A stretch of DNA of 64,000 bases from Myxococcota bacterium (GTDB lineage Bacteria; Myxococcota_A; UBA9160; UBA6930). The translations under genes were made by a program, and so were the position numbers. Below, one piece after another: positions 39,101 to 48,945 of this stretch. Numbering within the stretch: the first letter of the stretch is position 1; each line of letters starts with the position of its first letter. Where the stretch lies: the NCBI GenBank assembly GCA_965223415.1, contig OZ245002.1, positions 3,008,001 through 3,072,000 on the forward strand, in the 5' to 3' direction. A model generated the notes under the pieces. That model saw only the letters and a program-made list of their open reading frames with translations. It searched no databases and was not told where the DNA came from.

Positions 39101-39487
39101 ATGCGAAAGACGATGCCTGTTCGGGAGTGCATGAGTCGCCTCCCCGCTGAGGTCGACCGCCACGAGACGCTCAGTGCGGTTCTGGATCACATGCATGTGC
39201 AGCGCTGCCATCACGTCCCCGTCATGGACGGACCGCGGCTGTTCGGCATCCTTTCGAGCCACGACCTGCTCGACCACGCCGTCCGAGCCGGGCCGGCCAG
39301 CCGGGAGCTCCTCGCCGGCGACGTCTGCACGCAGGGTCCGCTGCGGGTGGAGCCGATGGCACCGATCGTGGAGGTGGCTCGGGCCATGGTCGAGCACCAC
39401 GTGAGCAGCGCCCTCGTCACCGAGGGCGACGTGCTCGTGGGGATCTTCACCACGAACGACGCGCTGCGGCTCATCTCCCAGCTCTGA
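39101..39487 (+). CDS. CBS domain protein
   Basis: HHVPVMDG..LFGILS and LVGIFTTND. Confidence 0.88.
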   Translation: MRKTMPVRECMSRLPAEVDRHETLSAVLDHMHVQRCHHVPVMDGPRLFGILSSHDLLDHAVRAGPASRELLAGDVCTQGPLRVEPMAPIVEVARAMVEHHVSSALVTEGDVLVGIFTTNDALRLISQL

Positions 39488-39652
39488 GGTAGCCGTGGCT
39501 GGTGAGTGTGTCGTGGGCTGCGGCGGCTGGAGCTTCCGCGCCCAGCTGCTCGGCGACGAGCGGCACGGAGCCGACGAGCAGGCGCCCCTGGACCCGGCCC
39601 GCGACGCCGCTCCCATACGCGGGCGTGACAGGGGCGGGCGAGGCGCGCTCGA

Positions 39653-40552
39653 TCATCGGCGCCTGGCCCGTGGCGTCCGGAACCACCGGCCCAGCTCCTC
39701 GAACTCGTCGCGTCGTGGCGAGGTCCTGCGCCAGGCGAGGCCGATCGTTCGCCTGGGAGCGGGTCGAACGAAGGGGACGGTCACCAGGTCGGCATCGAGC
39801 GCGACGGCTCCCCCAGTCGCGATCGACGGGAGCAGCGTCACGCCGGCACCGCTCGCGACCATGGGGACCAGGGTCGAGAGACTGCTGGCGCTCAGGTCCC
39901 CCAGCTCCGAGGCGCCGGCCCGGCTGCAAACCGAGAGGGCCTGGCCCCGAAGGCAATGACCGTCCTCCAGCAGCAGCACGTCCTCGCCGGACAGGTCGGC
40001 CTCCCGGACACGCTTGCGGCTCGCGAGGCGATGGCCCTGCGGCACCGCCAGCAGGAAGGAGTCGTCGAACAGGGGCAGGGTGGCGACGTCGCCGAGCGGA
40101 GCCTCGAGGGCCACGAGGAGGAGGTCGAGGGCACCGCGCACGAGGTCCTCGACCAGCAGGGCGGTCTGCTTCTCGTGCAGCTCGAGCCGGAGCTTCGGGT
40201 GCGCGCGGCGCACCGCGGGCAACACCGCGGGCAGCAGGTACGGCGCGACCGTCGGGATTACCCCGAGCCGTAGCGGTCCGGTCAGGGGCTGATGCAGGCT
40301 TCGCGCTGCGTCCTGCAGCTCGCCGACCGCCGTGAGCACGTGGCGCGCACGTCGCAGGATCTCGCGGCCGGCGGGCGTCACCAGCATCGGCTTGCGCCCG
40401 CGCTCGAAGAGCCGGACCTCGAGGGTTTCCTCGAGCTGGCGCACCTGGGTGCTCAAGCCCGGCTGGGTGACGTGACAGGCGTCGGCCGCGGCCTGGAACG
40501 TTCCGTGGTCCTCGATCGCGACGATGTACTCGAGCTGGCGAATCGTGGGCAT
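39653..40552 (-). CDS. oxyR: OxyR-like LysR regulator
   Basis: LLEDGHCLRGQALSVC (two Cys), divergent from catalase. Confidence 0.88.
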   Translation of the reverse strand: MPTIRQLEYIVAIEDHGTFQAAADACHVTQPGLSTQVRQLEETLEVRLFERGRKPMLVTPAGREILRRARHVLTAVGELQDAARSLHQPLTGPLRLGVIPTVAPYLLPAVLPAVRRAHPKLRLELHEKQTALLVEDLVRGALDLLLVALEAPLGDVATLPLFDDSFLLAVPQGHRLASRKRVREADLSGEDVLLLEDGHCLRGQALSVCSRAGASELGDLSASSLSTLVPMVASGAGVTLLPSIATGGAVALDADLVTVPFVRPAPRRTIGLAWRRTSPRRDEFEELGRWFRTPRARRR

Positions 40553-40597
40553 AAGTAAAACTTATGATAAGAAGAAGAACAATCAATTGGATTAATG
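40551..40597. promoter_or_regulatory. AT-rich OxyR-binding divergent promoter
   Basis: ATAAGTAAAACTTAT dyad and further AT-rich repeats. Confidence 0.65.
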
Positions 40598-40649
40598 ATC
40601 CGCCGAGGCCGAGGCTCTCCTCATCGATCCTCAACGAAAGGAGAACCTC

Positions 40650-42113
40650 ATGACCGATCGACTCCGTACCGAGTCCGGCGCCCCGGTGGCCGACAACCAG
40701 AACTCGCAGAGCGCAGGGCCCGGGGGGGCCCTGCTGCTCCAGGATCAGCATCTGCTCGAGAAGCTGGCCCGCTTCAATCGGGAGCGGATTCCCGAGCGCG
40801 TCGTTCACGCCGTCGGGTCCGGGGCCCACGGCTTCTTCGAGGTCACCAACCCGGATCTCCCCCGCTGGACCCGGATGGCCATGATGCGCGGCCTCGGCGA
40901 GCAGACGGAGGTCTTCGCGCGGTTCTCGACCGTCGCGGGCTCGAAGGGCGCCCCCGATTCGGTGCGGGACCCGCGCGGCTTCGCCGTCAAGTTCTACACG
41001 GAGGAGGGCAACTGGGACCTGGCGGGGAACAACACGCCGATCTTCTTCCTGCGCGATCCGATCAAGTTCCCGGACTTCATCCACAGCCAGAAGTACGACC
41101 CGTTCACGAACCGGCAGGAGCCCGACAACGTGTGGGACTTCTTCTCCCACAGCCCCGAGGCGACCCACCAGTTCACCTGGCTGTTCGGGGACCGCGGCAT
41201 CCCCGCCAGCTACCGGCACATGAACGGCTACGGCTCCCACACCTTCCAGTGGGTCAACGCCGAGGGCGAGCGCCACTGGGTGAAGTTCCACTTCAAGACG
41301 AATCAGGGGGTCCGCTGCCTCGGCGACGAGGAATCGGCGCGAATCGCGGGCGAGAACCCTCAGGCCCACCAGCAGGATCTCCAGGAGGCGATCGAGAGGG
41401 GCGACTTCCCGTCGTGGACCCTGAAGGTGCAGCTCATGCCCGAGGCCCACGCCGCAGCGTATCGCTTCGACCCCTTCGACCTGACGAAGGTCTGGCCCCA
41501 CGCGGACTACCCGCTCGTCGAGGTCGGCACGCTCACGCTGAACCGGAACCCGGAGAACTACTTCGCCGAGGTCGAGCAGGCGGCGTTCGATCCGGGCCAC
41601 TTCGTCCCCGGCGTCGGTCCCTCGCCGGACAAGATGCTGCAGGGGCGGCTCTTCGCCTACGGAGACGCCCACCGCTACCGGCTGGGGATCAACCACACGC
41701 GCCTCCCGGTGAACGCGCCTCGGAGCGTCCCCGGGGGCGTGACCAACTACGGGCGGGACGGATCGATGCGGGTCGACGTTCCGTCCCGACGGGAGAAGAA
41801 CTACGAGCCCAACAGCTTCGACGGGCCGGTGGAGAGCGGAGAGCCCGTGTACGCCGGCCTCGCGGCCTCCGGCGTGTCGGGGAGCTACACGTCCACACGC
41901 CACCCCGAGGACGACGACTACGTGCAGGCCGGGGCGCTCTATCGCCTGATGTCGCGGGAGGAGCGGGAGCGGCTGGTCGGGCGCATCGCCGGGAGCCTCG
42001 GGTCGGTGAGTCGGGACGACATCGTCGCTCGCTCCCTCGCGCACTTCCGCAACGCGGATGCCGAGTACGGCGCGCGGCTGGAGGCGGCGCTCAAGGAGGC
42101 GCGCGCCTCCTAG
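40650..42113 (+). CDS. katA: Heme catalase
   Basis: FNRERIPERVVHA, RDPRGFA, RLFAYGDAHRYRLG. Confidence 0.96.
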   Translation: MTDRLRTESGAPVADNQNSQSAGPGGALLLQDQHLLEKLARFNRERIPERVVHAVGSGAHGFFEVTNPDLPRWTRMAMMRGLGEQTEVFARFSTVAGSKGAPDSVRDPRGFAVKFYTEEGNWDLAGNNTPIFFLRDPIKFPDFIHSQKYDPFTNRQEPDNVWDFFSHSPEATHQFTWLFGDRGIPASYRHMNGYGSHTFQWVNAEGERHWVKFHFKTNQGVRCLGDEESARIAGENPQAHQQDLQEAIERGDFPSWTLKVQLMPEAHAAAYRFDPFDLTKVWPHADYPLVEVGTLTLNRNPENYFAEVEQAAFDPGHFVPGVGPSPDKMLQGRLFAYGDAHRYRLGINHTRLPVNAPRSVPGGVTNYGRDGSMRVDVPSRREKNYEPNSFDGPVESGEPVYAGLAASGVSGSYTSTRHPEDDDYVQAGALYRLMSREERERLVGRIAGSLGSVSRDDIVARSLAHFRNADAEYGARLEAALKEARAS

Positions 42114-42128
42114 GGCGGAGGGGGCGAG

Positions 42129-42165
42129 GCGTCCGGGCGGGAGCAGTTCCCTTCCGCCCGGACGC
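42129..42165. terminator. GC-rich hairpin between convergent genes
   Basis: GCGTCCGGGCGGGAG / CTTCCGCCCGGACGC. Confidence 0.6.
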
Positions 42166-42210
42166 TAGGCCCCGAGGGACCGATCCCTCCGCGCAAATCC
42201 TGGCCTCGCC

Positions 42211-42702
42211 CTACAGGTAGCGCGGCACCCTTCGGCGATACGCCGTGTAGGCCTCGCCGTACTGCTCCTCGAGCCAGGGCTCCTCCGCGAAGGGCGCCAG
42301 CAGGAGGACGAGCGCCCTCAGCAGATGGGTCACGGCGACCACGCCCGAGTTCGCGAAGATCGCGACACCGACGAAGAGGAAGAAGTCGCCGACGTACTGC
42401 GGATTCCGGGTGATGAGATAGGGCCCACGAGCGACGAGCCCGTCCGCCAGCCCGGAGGTCTTCTTGGCGCCCAGCGTCACCATGCCCCAGGTGACCAGGG
42501 CAGCGCCCAGGAAGGCCACCGGCAGCGCCAGCCCGAAGCGGAGGGGGCTCGGCCAAACTCCGCTGTTCCAGTCGAGCACCACGAAGGCCGGGTTGCTGAG
42601 GAAGACGAGCCCGAACAGCGCCCACAGCAGGTAGCCCGCGAGAAGTGCGATGTGCGAAAGCAGGTTCACGTACAGCAGGAGCCGAGCCCCGTCGGTGTTC
42701 AT
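42211..42702 (-). CDS. PEMT/ICMT-family membrane methyltransferase
   Basis: LVARGPYLITRNPQY, EEPWLEEQYGEAY..Y...VPRY. Confidence 0.85.
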   Translation of the reverse strand: MNTDGARLLLYVNLLSHIALLAGYLLWALFGLVFLSNPAFVVLDWNSGVWPSPLRFGLALPVAFLGAALVTWGMVTLGAKKTSGLADGLVARGPYLITRNPQYVGDFFLFVGVAIFANSGVVAVTHLLRALVLLLAPFAEEPWLEEQYGEAYTAYRRRVPRYL

Positions 42703-42724
42703 GCCTCACCTCCGCCAGCGTTCA

Positions 42725-42748
42725 ATATATGAATACCTAATCAGATAT
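42725..42748. promoter_or_regulatory. SmtB/ArsR-like operator
   Basis: ATATATGAATACCTAATCAGATAT, 18/24 identical to 51638-51661. Confidence 0.55.
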
Positions 42749-42775
42749 TGGTACCAAGCCCCCATTCACAAGAAT

Positions 42776-42794
42776 TGACTGACTGGGTAAGTCA
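42776..42794. promoter_or_regulatory. Candidate TetR operator
   Basis: TGACTGACTGGGTAAGTCA dyad just upstream of the tetR gene. Confidence 0.5.
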
Positions 42795-42808
42795 TTTATA
42801 TTGCCCCC

Positions 42809-43504
42809 ATGCCGAGGGCCATCCCTGGAGATCGCTTCCACGACCTGGTCGAGGCTGCCACGAGCGTCTTCCTGGAGCAGGGCTACCGGCGTACCCAGAT
42901 GGCCGACGTCGCAGGGCGCATGGGCGTGGCCAAGGGCACGGTCTACCTCTACGTCGCGAGCAAGGAGGCCCTTTTCGACGCGGTCGTCCGCCACGCCGAC
43001 CGCCCGGAGCGGCTGGCACTGCCCGAGGAGCTGCCCGTGCCGACCCCGTCGCCCGGCGAGACGCTGGAGGCGGTCCGGAAGCGGGTCGCGGAGGCCAGCG
43101 TTCCCACACTCACCGATGCACTCGCCCGGCGGCGCGTCGTGGACGTGCGGGCGGAGCTCGAGGCCATCCTCCACGAGCTGTACCAGCTCCTGGCTCGGCA
43201 CCGCGTCGGCATCAAGCTGCTGGACTCCTGTGCCCAGGACAAGCCGGGGCTCGCCGCCGTCTGGTACGGGGCGGGCCGCGAGGGCGTGCAGGATCTCCTG
43301 CGGCGCTACCTCGAGGATCGCATCCGCCGCGGCCGGCTGGCGCCCCTGGAGGACCGGGCTGTCACGGCTCGCATCGTGCTCGAGACGGCGGTCTTCTGGG
43401 CCGTGCACCGCCACTGGGATCCCTCGCCCCAGGCCGTCGATGAGGAGGCGGCCGAACGTGCCGTCGTGGAGTTCGTCACGCGCGCCCTGCTCAGCGTCCC
43501 CTGA
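42809..43504 (+). CDS. TetR regulator
   Basis: MADVAGRMGVAKGTVYLYVASKEALF. Confidence 0.9.
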   Translation: MPRAIPGDRFHDLVEAATSVFLEQGYRRTQMADVAGRMGVAKGTVYLYVASKEALFDAVVRHADRPERLALPEELPVPTPSPGETLEAVRKRVAEASVPTLTDALARRRVVDVRAELEAILHELYQLLARHRVGIKLLDSCAQDKPGLAAVWYGAGREGVQDLLRRYLEDRIRRGRLAPLEDRAVTARIVLETAVFWAVHRHWDPSPQAVDEEAAERAVVEFVTRALLSVP

Positions 43505-43523
43505 GCCGGAGGATCCCCCCGCC

Positions 43524-45554
43524 ATGTCGAGCCCTTCCCGAGCGGCGCGAGCGCTCCTCTGCCGGCGTCATTTCTTCCCCCTCCGGGGCCTCGCCGATCG
43601 GCTTCTCGCGATCTCCGGGCTCCTCCTCGTCTCGTTCGCAGGGCCCAGTTCTCACGGGAGCGAGCCGCTGGCTCACGGCGGGTCCGTCGCCGGCTGGCCC
43701 GCCTACGGCTCGGACCCCGCCGGCACCCGCCATTCGCCCCTGCGGCAGCTCCATCCCGGCAACGTGGATCGGCTCGAAGTCGCGTGGAGCGTGCGGACCG
43801 GCGATCTGGACGCCGAGCCGCCTCCTCCCCCGCACATGGCCTTCCAGGCGACGCCGATCCTGGTGGACGGACGTCTGTTGGTGCCGACGCCGCTCGGGCG
43901 GGTGCTGGCGCTCGACCCGGAGACGGGAGAGGAGATCTGGCGCTTCACGAGCACGGTCCGCGGTCACGAGTACCCGGAGTACACCTCCCGGGGCGTCGCG
44001 GCCTGGCTCGATCCCGATCGGCGGCCGGGGGCGTCCTGCCGGCGGCGGATCTTCGCCGCGACGGTCGATTCCCGGCTCTTCGCCATCGACGGCGCGACCG
44101 GGAATCCCTGCCCGGACTTCGGCTCCGACGGTCAGGTCTCCCTGCGCGAGGGCGTCGGTGAGCTGCGCCCCTGGGACTACGCGACGAGCTCGCCTCCCGT
44201 GGTCGCGGGAGACCTCGTCGTCATCGGCTCCGCCATCGGCGACAACCAACGGGTCGACGCGCCGCGCGGCGTCGTGCGCGCCTACGACGCGCGAAGTGGT
44301 GCTCTCCGCTGGCACTGGGATCCGGTTCCGCGGGCCGCCGGCGACCCCCAGCATGCGAGCTGGAGACCGAGCGCCGCGGAGCGCACGGGTGCCGCCAATG
44401 CGTGGGCGCCGCTCTCGGTGGACGCGGAGCGGGACCTGCTCTTCGTCCCGACGAGCAGCCCGAGCCCCGACTACTACGGGGGCGAGCGACCCGGCGACAA
44501 CCGCTATGCAAATTCCGTCGTGGCGCTTCGCGCCAGCACGGGAGAAGTGGTCTGGCACTTCCAGGTGGTTCACCACGATCTCTGGGACTACGACGTGCCC
44601 GCGCAGCCCACGCTCACCACGGTCCGGCGTGAGGGGTGGGAGGTTCCGGTCGTCGTACAGGCCACGAAGATGGGCCACCTCTTCGTCCTGCATCGGGAGA
44701 CGGGCGATCCGGTCTTCGATGTCGAGGAGAGGCCGGTGCCCCCGTCCGACGTCCCCGGGGAGACCGCCTCGCCCACACAGCCCTTCCCGGTGATTCCCGC
44801 GCCGCTGGTCCCGCAGCTCCTGCGTCCGGACGAGGCCTGGGGCCTCACGCCCTGGGATCGGGGCCGCTGTCGAGAGCGCCTGGAGCGCCTTCGCTTCGAC
44901 GGGATCTTCACGCCGCCGGGCCTCGAGGGGACGCTTCTTTACCCCGGCTACTCGGGCGGGACCAACTGGGGCGGTGTCGCCATCGATCCCGTTCGTCGGG
45001 CCGTGATCGTGAACTCCACCAACCTGGCGTTCGAGATCCGGTTGATCCCACGGGAGAGCTTCGAGGCTGAGAAGGCGGCGGGCCAGGCGATGGTGCGCGA
45101 GTTCGCTCCCCAGGCGGGCACGCCCTACGGGATGACCCGCGAGCCGATCCTCTCGCCGTTCTTCCTGCCCTGCAATCCGCCGCCGTGGGGAACGCTGGCC
45201 GCGATCTCCCTCGACACCGGCGAGCGGCTCTGGGAGAGCCCGCTCGGCACCGTGCCCGATCGGATCCCGTTTCCGATCCCCGTCGACCTGGGCCTTCCGA
45301 ACCTGGGAGGGCCGATGGTGACGGCGGGCGGTCTGGTGTTCATCGGGGCCGCGATGGACAGCTACTTGCGGGCCTACGACGCCGCCACCGGTGAGGAGCT
45401 CTGGAAGGACCGCCTCCCCGCCGGCGGCAACGCCACCCCGATGACCTATCGGCTCGGGCCCGAGAGCCGGCAGTTCGTCGTGATCGCCGCCGGTGGCCAC
45501 GGGAAGCTGGGCACGCGCCGAGGCGATTCGATCGTGGCGTACGCGCTGCCCTAG
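43524..45554 (+). CDS. PQQ-dependent dehydrogenase (glucose/quinate family)
   Basis: FQATP, RGVA.W, WHFQVVHHDLWDYD, GGTNWGG, ATPMTY. Confidence 0.93.
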   Translation: MSSPSRAARALLCRRHFFPLRGLADRLLAISGLLLVSFAGPSSHGSEPLAHGGSVAGWPAYGSDPAGTRHSPLRQLHPGNVDRLEVAWSVRTGDLDAEPPPPPHMAFQATPILVDGRLLVPTPLGRVLALDPETGEEIWRFTSTVRGHEYPEYTSRGVAAWLDPDRRPGASCRRRIFAATVDSRLFAIDGATGNPCPDFGSDGQVSLREGVGELRPWDYATSSPPVVAGDLVVIGSAIGDNQRVDAPRGVVRAYDARSGALRWHWDPVPRAAGDPQHASWRPSAAERTGAANAWAPLSVDAERDLLFVPTSSPSPDYYGGERPGDNRYANSVVALRASTGEVVWHFQVVHHDLWDYDVPAQPTLTTVRREGWEVPVVVQATKMGHLFVLHRETGDPVFDVEERPVPPSDVPGETASPTQPFPVIPAPLVPQLLRPDEAWGLTPWDRGRCRERLERLRFDGIFTPPGLEGTLLYPGYSGGTNWGGVAIDPVRRAVIVNSTNLAFEIRLIPRESFEAEKAAGQAMVREFAPQAGTPYGMTREPILSPFFLPCNPPPWGTLAAISLDTGERLWESPLGTVPDRIPFPIPVDLGLPNLGGPMVTAGGLVFIGAAMDSYLRAYDAATGEELWKDRLPAGGNATPMTYRLGPESRQFVVIAAGGHGKLGTRRGDSIVAYALP

Positions 45555-45585
45555 ACTGTCCACGTCGACCGCCCGGAGGTTCGCC

Positions 45586-46539
45586 ATGAGTGCGCCCTAC
45601 GTCCTCGCCCCCGAGTTCGCCAAGCAGCCCAGCTTCACGCTCCCCGCCAATCGCTTGCTGCTCCGGGGCTTCAACCTGCTCCTCAAGCTGCAGCACCGCG
45701 GCTTCACCTGGGGCGCCGGGGTTCGCGTTCGCGAGCACACGGTGCGGGGTGGCGAGGGCCACGCCCTCCGCGTCTGGGAGATCGCCCCGGAGGATCTCTC
45801 CGGGCCGGCGCCGGCCCTGGTCGACTACCACGGCGGCGGCTTCTTCCTCTCCTACGCGCCGCTTCACCTCACCGTCACGGAGCGCTACGCCCGGGAGGGC
45901 CGCTGCAGGGTGTTCTTCCCCGACTACCGGCTCTCGATCGGCCATCCCTTCCCCGCCGCCTTCGACGACTGCTACGACACCCTGGCCTGGGTGCACGCCA
46001 ACGCCGCCGAGCTCGGGGTCGACCCGGCCCGGGTCGCCCTGATCGGTGACAGTGCGGGCGGGGCGCTCGCGGCGGGCGTCGCCCAGAAGGCGGTGGACCG
46101 GAACGAGAATCCGGTGTGCGCGCAGATCCTGATCTACTCGGTGACCGACCACGAGACCAAGACCGACTCGGCGCTCCGCTTCGACGACACCCCCTTCTGG
46201 AAGACCGCCTCCAACCGGAACATGTGGAAGGTCTACCTGCGCGACACGGACTACGGGCGGAGCGGCGGCGCGAAGCCCGTTCCGGCCTACGCCGCGCCCC
46301 TCCACCGCGAGGAGTTCGCAGGGCTGCCGCCGGCCTGGGTCGAGGTGGCGGAGTACGACCCCCTGCGCGACGAGGGCCTGCAGTACGCCGAGGCGCTCGG
46401 GGCCGCCGGGGTCCCGGTGGAGACGCGCGAGGTCGAGGCCGCGATCCATGGCTACGATCTGGTCGAGGACAGCCCCACCGCCGGGGCCATCTTCAAGGAG
46501 CGCATGGCCGCGATCCAGCGCTTCTTCGACCGGCCCTAG
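45586..46539 (+). CDS. HSL-family esterase
   Basis: HGGGF, GDSAGG, DPLRDEG, HG. Confidence 0.92.
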   Translation: MSAPYVLAPEFAKQPSFTLPANRLLLRGFNLLLKLQHRGFTWGAGVRVREHTVRGGEGHALRVWEIAPEDLSGPAPALVDYHGGGFFLSYAPLHLTVTERYAREGRCRVFFPDYRLSIGHPFPAAFDDCYDTLAWVHANAAELGVDPARVALIGDSAGGALAAGVAQKAVDRNENPVCAQILIYSVTDHETKTDSALRFDDTPFWKTASNRNMWKVYLRDTDYGRSGGAKPVPAYAAPLHREEFAGLPPAWVEVAEYDPLRDEGLQYAEALGAAGVPVETREVEAAIHGYDLVEDSPTAGAIFKERMAAIQRFFDRP

Positions 46540-46572
46540 CCGCGACGCAATACCGGAGACGAGGACCACCGG

Positions 46573-47529
46573 ATGCCCCACACCTCCAAACCCCCGCTGC
46601 TCCTGCACGACGTCATCGAAGATCGCGCTGCGGTCGTCGGACTGCTCGAGCGGGGCGCACCCTACCATCCCCTCGGCGGCTGGTTCCGTCCGGACCAGGA
46701 AGCCGCGGAGGCGACGTCGCCCCTCTGGTTCCAGCAGACCTGGATGGATCCCCAGGCGGCGATGGAGGGGTCGGAGCTCTTCGTCTGGCACGAGCGCGTC
46801 ACCGCCGCCGCGCGCGACTTCTACGATGCCGAGGTGGTCGTTCCGCACACCCTGTTCGTGAATCTGATGCCCGCGCTCTCGCGCTGCGGCCCTTGCCACA
46901 CCGACAACCCGTTCTTCCGCGGTCGTGATCGCAGCAACACGCCCATGTTCCTGTTGCGCCGGATGTTCTGGTCGGGTCTCTTCGACCGCTGGGCGACGGC
47001 CCAGGCTACCTCGATCTGGTGGATGGACGACGTCGAGGGGGGCGGGCTCGCCTACTGGCCCGACGGCCCCGACAAGCCGCCGCAACGTCACGCGAGCCCG
47101 ATGGCGAACACGGCGCTGGTCGGCGACAACCACGGCATGTTCCACCAGGTGGAGCCGGTGGGACCCGCCGGTGCAGGAGACCTGCTCGTCACGCCGAACG
47201 CCGCGCTCGAGCCCGCCGCCGACGGAAGCGGCGATTGGGTCGTGAACGACGGCGGGGCCGAGTGCTACCGGGCGCCCCTCGAGGCGATCCGCGTGAGCGT
47301 GCTCTGGAAGGCGCACGTCTATCCGAGCGAGGCGGAGCGGCGCCGGCTCGCGGACGACACCCTCTCCCTGGAGGACGTGGCGCGGCTCTTCAACGAGGAC
47401 CTGGCCGAGCGCGACGTCGACCTGCGCTGCGATCCGAGCCGGCTCGACGACCTGGCGCTGCTGCAGGCCCTGGCCGAGATCTACCCCGATCCCGTTCCGG
47501 TCGGCGCCCGTCCGAGCATCTTCGACTAA
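46573..47529 (+). CDS. Hypothetical protein (possibly 2OG-Fe(II) oxygenase-like)
   Basis: HTD...FHQV...R.S pattern. Confidence 0.65.
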   Translation: MPHTSKPPLLLHDVIEDRAAVVGLLERGAPYHPLGGWFRPDQEAAEATSPLWFQQTWMDPQAAMEGSELFVWHERVTAAARDFYDAEVVVPHTLFVNLMPALSRCGPCHTDNPFFRGRDRSNTPMFLLRRMFWSGLFDRWATAQATSIWWMDDVEGGGLAYWPDGPDKPPQRHASPMANTALVGDNHGMFHQVEPVGPAGAGDLLVTPNAALEPAADGSGDWVVNDGGAECYRAPLEAIRVSVLWKAHVYPSEAERRRLADDTLSLEDVARLFNEDLAERDVDLRCDPSRLDDLALLQALAEIYPDPVPVGARPSIFD

Positions 47530-47604
47530 GAAGACTCCGGAGCCCCCGTCGCGCCCCGCCCGGACGCCGACAACCGTGTTCGGGGGCCTTCCGTCTCCCT
47601 CCCG

Positions 47605-48195
47605 TCAACTGCGCTCGAACAGGCTCAGGAACTGCGGAGTCAGAAGGAGCGAGAACTCGCTGCTGCAGTGACGCAGGGGTGTCGCCTCGGCGAAGCGACG
47701 CACCCGGCGGGGCGTCAGGCGGTGTCGGTGGAGCTCGCCCGCGCGGAAAGGGTTCCCGAACAAGCGCCAGGCGGAAGGGGCCGAATAGAGCCCGCGAACG
47801 GGCTCGGCGGGGTAGACCAGGAGCAGGCGCCCACCGGGCCGGAGGAGGCGAGCCATCTCGACCAGCGCGGCCGACGGATCGACCAAGTGCTCGATGGTGT
47901 GGAACGAGTATATCTTGTCGAACGACGCGCTCCCGAACGCGGTCGACTCGAGGTCCATCACGTGGGTCTGCTCGGCAACGCCGTGGCGAACGGCCTCCGG
48001 GTTCACGTCGATTCCGATCGCACCGGGGCAGTTTGCCTGCACCTTCCGGAGCAGGAAGCCGCGCCCACAGCCGAGCTCGAGCACGCGATCGTCGTGCGCC
48101 GGCGCCAGCAGGCGCTGCACGCGCCGCAGGTGCCGGCCGGTCTCGATCGGCGTGTTCATCAGCGCGTAGGTCTCGGAGGCGTACGCGCGTGACAT
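47605..48195 (-). CDS. Class I SAM-dependent methyltransferase
   Basis: VLELGCGRG, FDKI, LLRPGG; start may be ATG 48159. Confidence 0.85.
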   Translation of the reverse strand: MSRAYASETYALMNTPIETGRHLRRVQRLLAPAHDDRVLELGCGRGFLLRKVQANCPGAIGIDVNPEAVRHGVAEQTHVMDLESTAFGSASFDKIYSFHTIEHLVDPSAALVEMARLLRPGGRLLLVYPAEPVRGLYSAPSAWRLFGNPFRAGELHRHRLTPRRVRRFAEATPLRHCSSEFSLLLTPQFLSLFERS

Positions 48196-48450
48196 GAAGC
48201 GCCTCCGTGTCCTCTGCGTGCAGCCATGCGATCGGTTCGGCGGGGACGAGCGCCAGCTCGTGACCAGCGTACCCCGCCTGGCCGAGCACGGCATCGACGC
48301 GCGACGCCCTTCGCCTGGGCCGCGGCGACGCCGGACTTCCTCCAGGACACAGGTCTGGAGCCACCGGTGTTCTGGCTCGAATGGATGGCACCGTTGGGCC
48401 ATCGGGATCTCGTGGCACACCAGGGGCGAAAGGACCATCCGGCCGAATGA
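48194..48450 (+). pseudogene. Possible GT4 glycosyltransferase N-terminal remnant
   Basis: MKRLRVLCVQP..FGGDERQL....LAEHGID, then a frame change and early stop. Confidence 0.4.
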
Positions 48451-48465
48451 CGGCCGCGGCGCGCG

Positions 48466-48945
48466 TCACCCTTCGCCCGGCCGACCCAGAGAGTTCCGAA
48501 CGGAGAGGTACAGCATGACGACGGCGAACCCCAGCTTCGGCAGTGCGCCGAGCTTCCCCGGAGGCGTGTGCTCAACGTAGACCGGATCGATCGGATGCAG
48601 CGCGCCGACGACGAAGCCGAAGCAGGACTCCACGACCAGGAAAGCGAACATCAGGGGGATCAGGCTCCGGTAGCGCCAGAGGACGATGCCGTAGACGATC
48701 ACGAACAACATCTGGACCATGCCGCCGTTCGCGCTGAACAGGTAGATGAGGTTGTTCGGGTCCGGGTCGCCCTCGAAGACGATGATGCTCGCGATCGAGT
48801 TGACGCCGCTGTCCGGTGCCAGGAAGTGGACCGTGGAACGGAACAGCATCACCGCCACCAGCAAGCAGAAGCCGTAGAAGGGGATGGCACCGCCGCGGTA
48901 GTCGTTGTCCGCCTCTCGGGGTAGGAGGACGCCCGGGGTGCTCAT
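48466..48945 (-). CDS. Hypothetical membrane protein, paralog 2
   Basis: NDYRGG...VHFLAPDSGVNSIASII; ATGA-coupled to paralog 1. Confidence 0.8.
   Translation of the reverse strand: MSTPGVLLPREADNDYRGGAIPFYGFCLLVAVMLFRSTVHFLAPDSGVNSIASIIVFEGDPDPNNLIYLFSANGGMVQMLFVIVYGIVLWRYRSLIPLMFAFLVVESCFGFVVGALHPIDPVYVEHTPPGKLGALPKLGFAVVMLYLSVRNSLGRPGEG

Noticed and set aside
39653..42113. OxyR-catalase pair as a novelty
   Set aside because: This is a standard, well-described arrangement.
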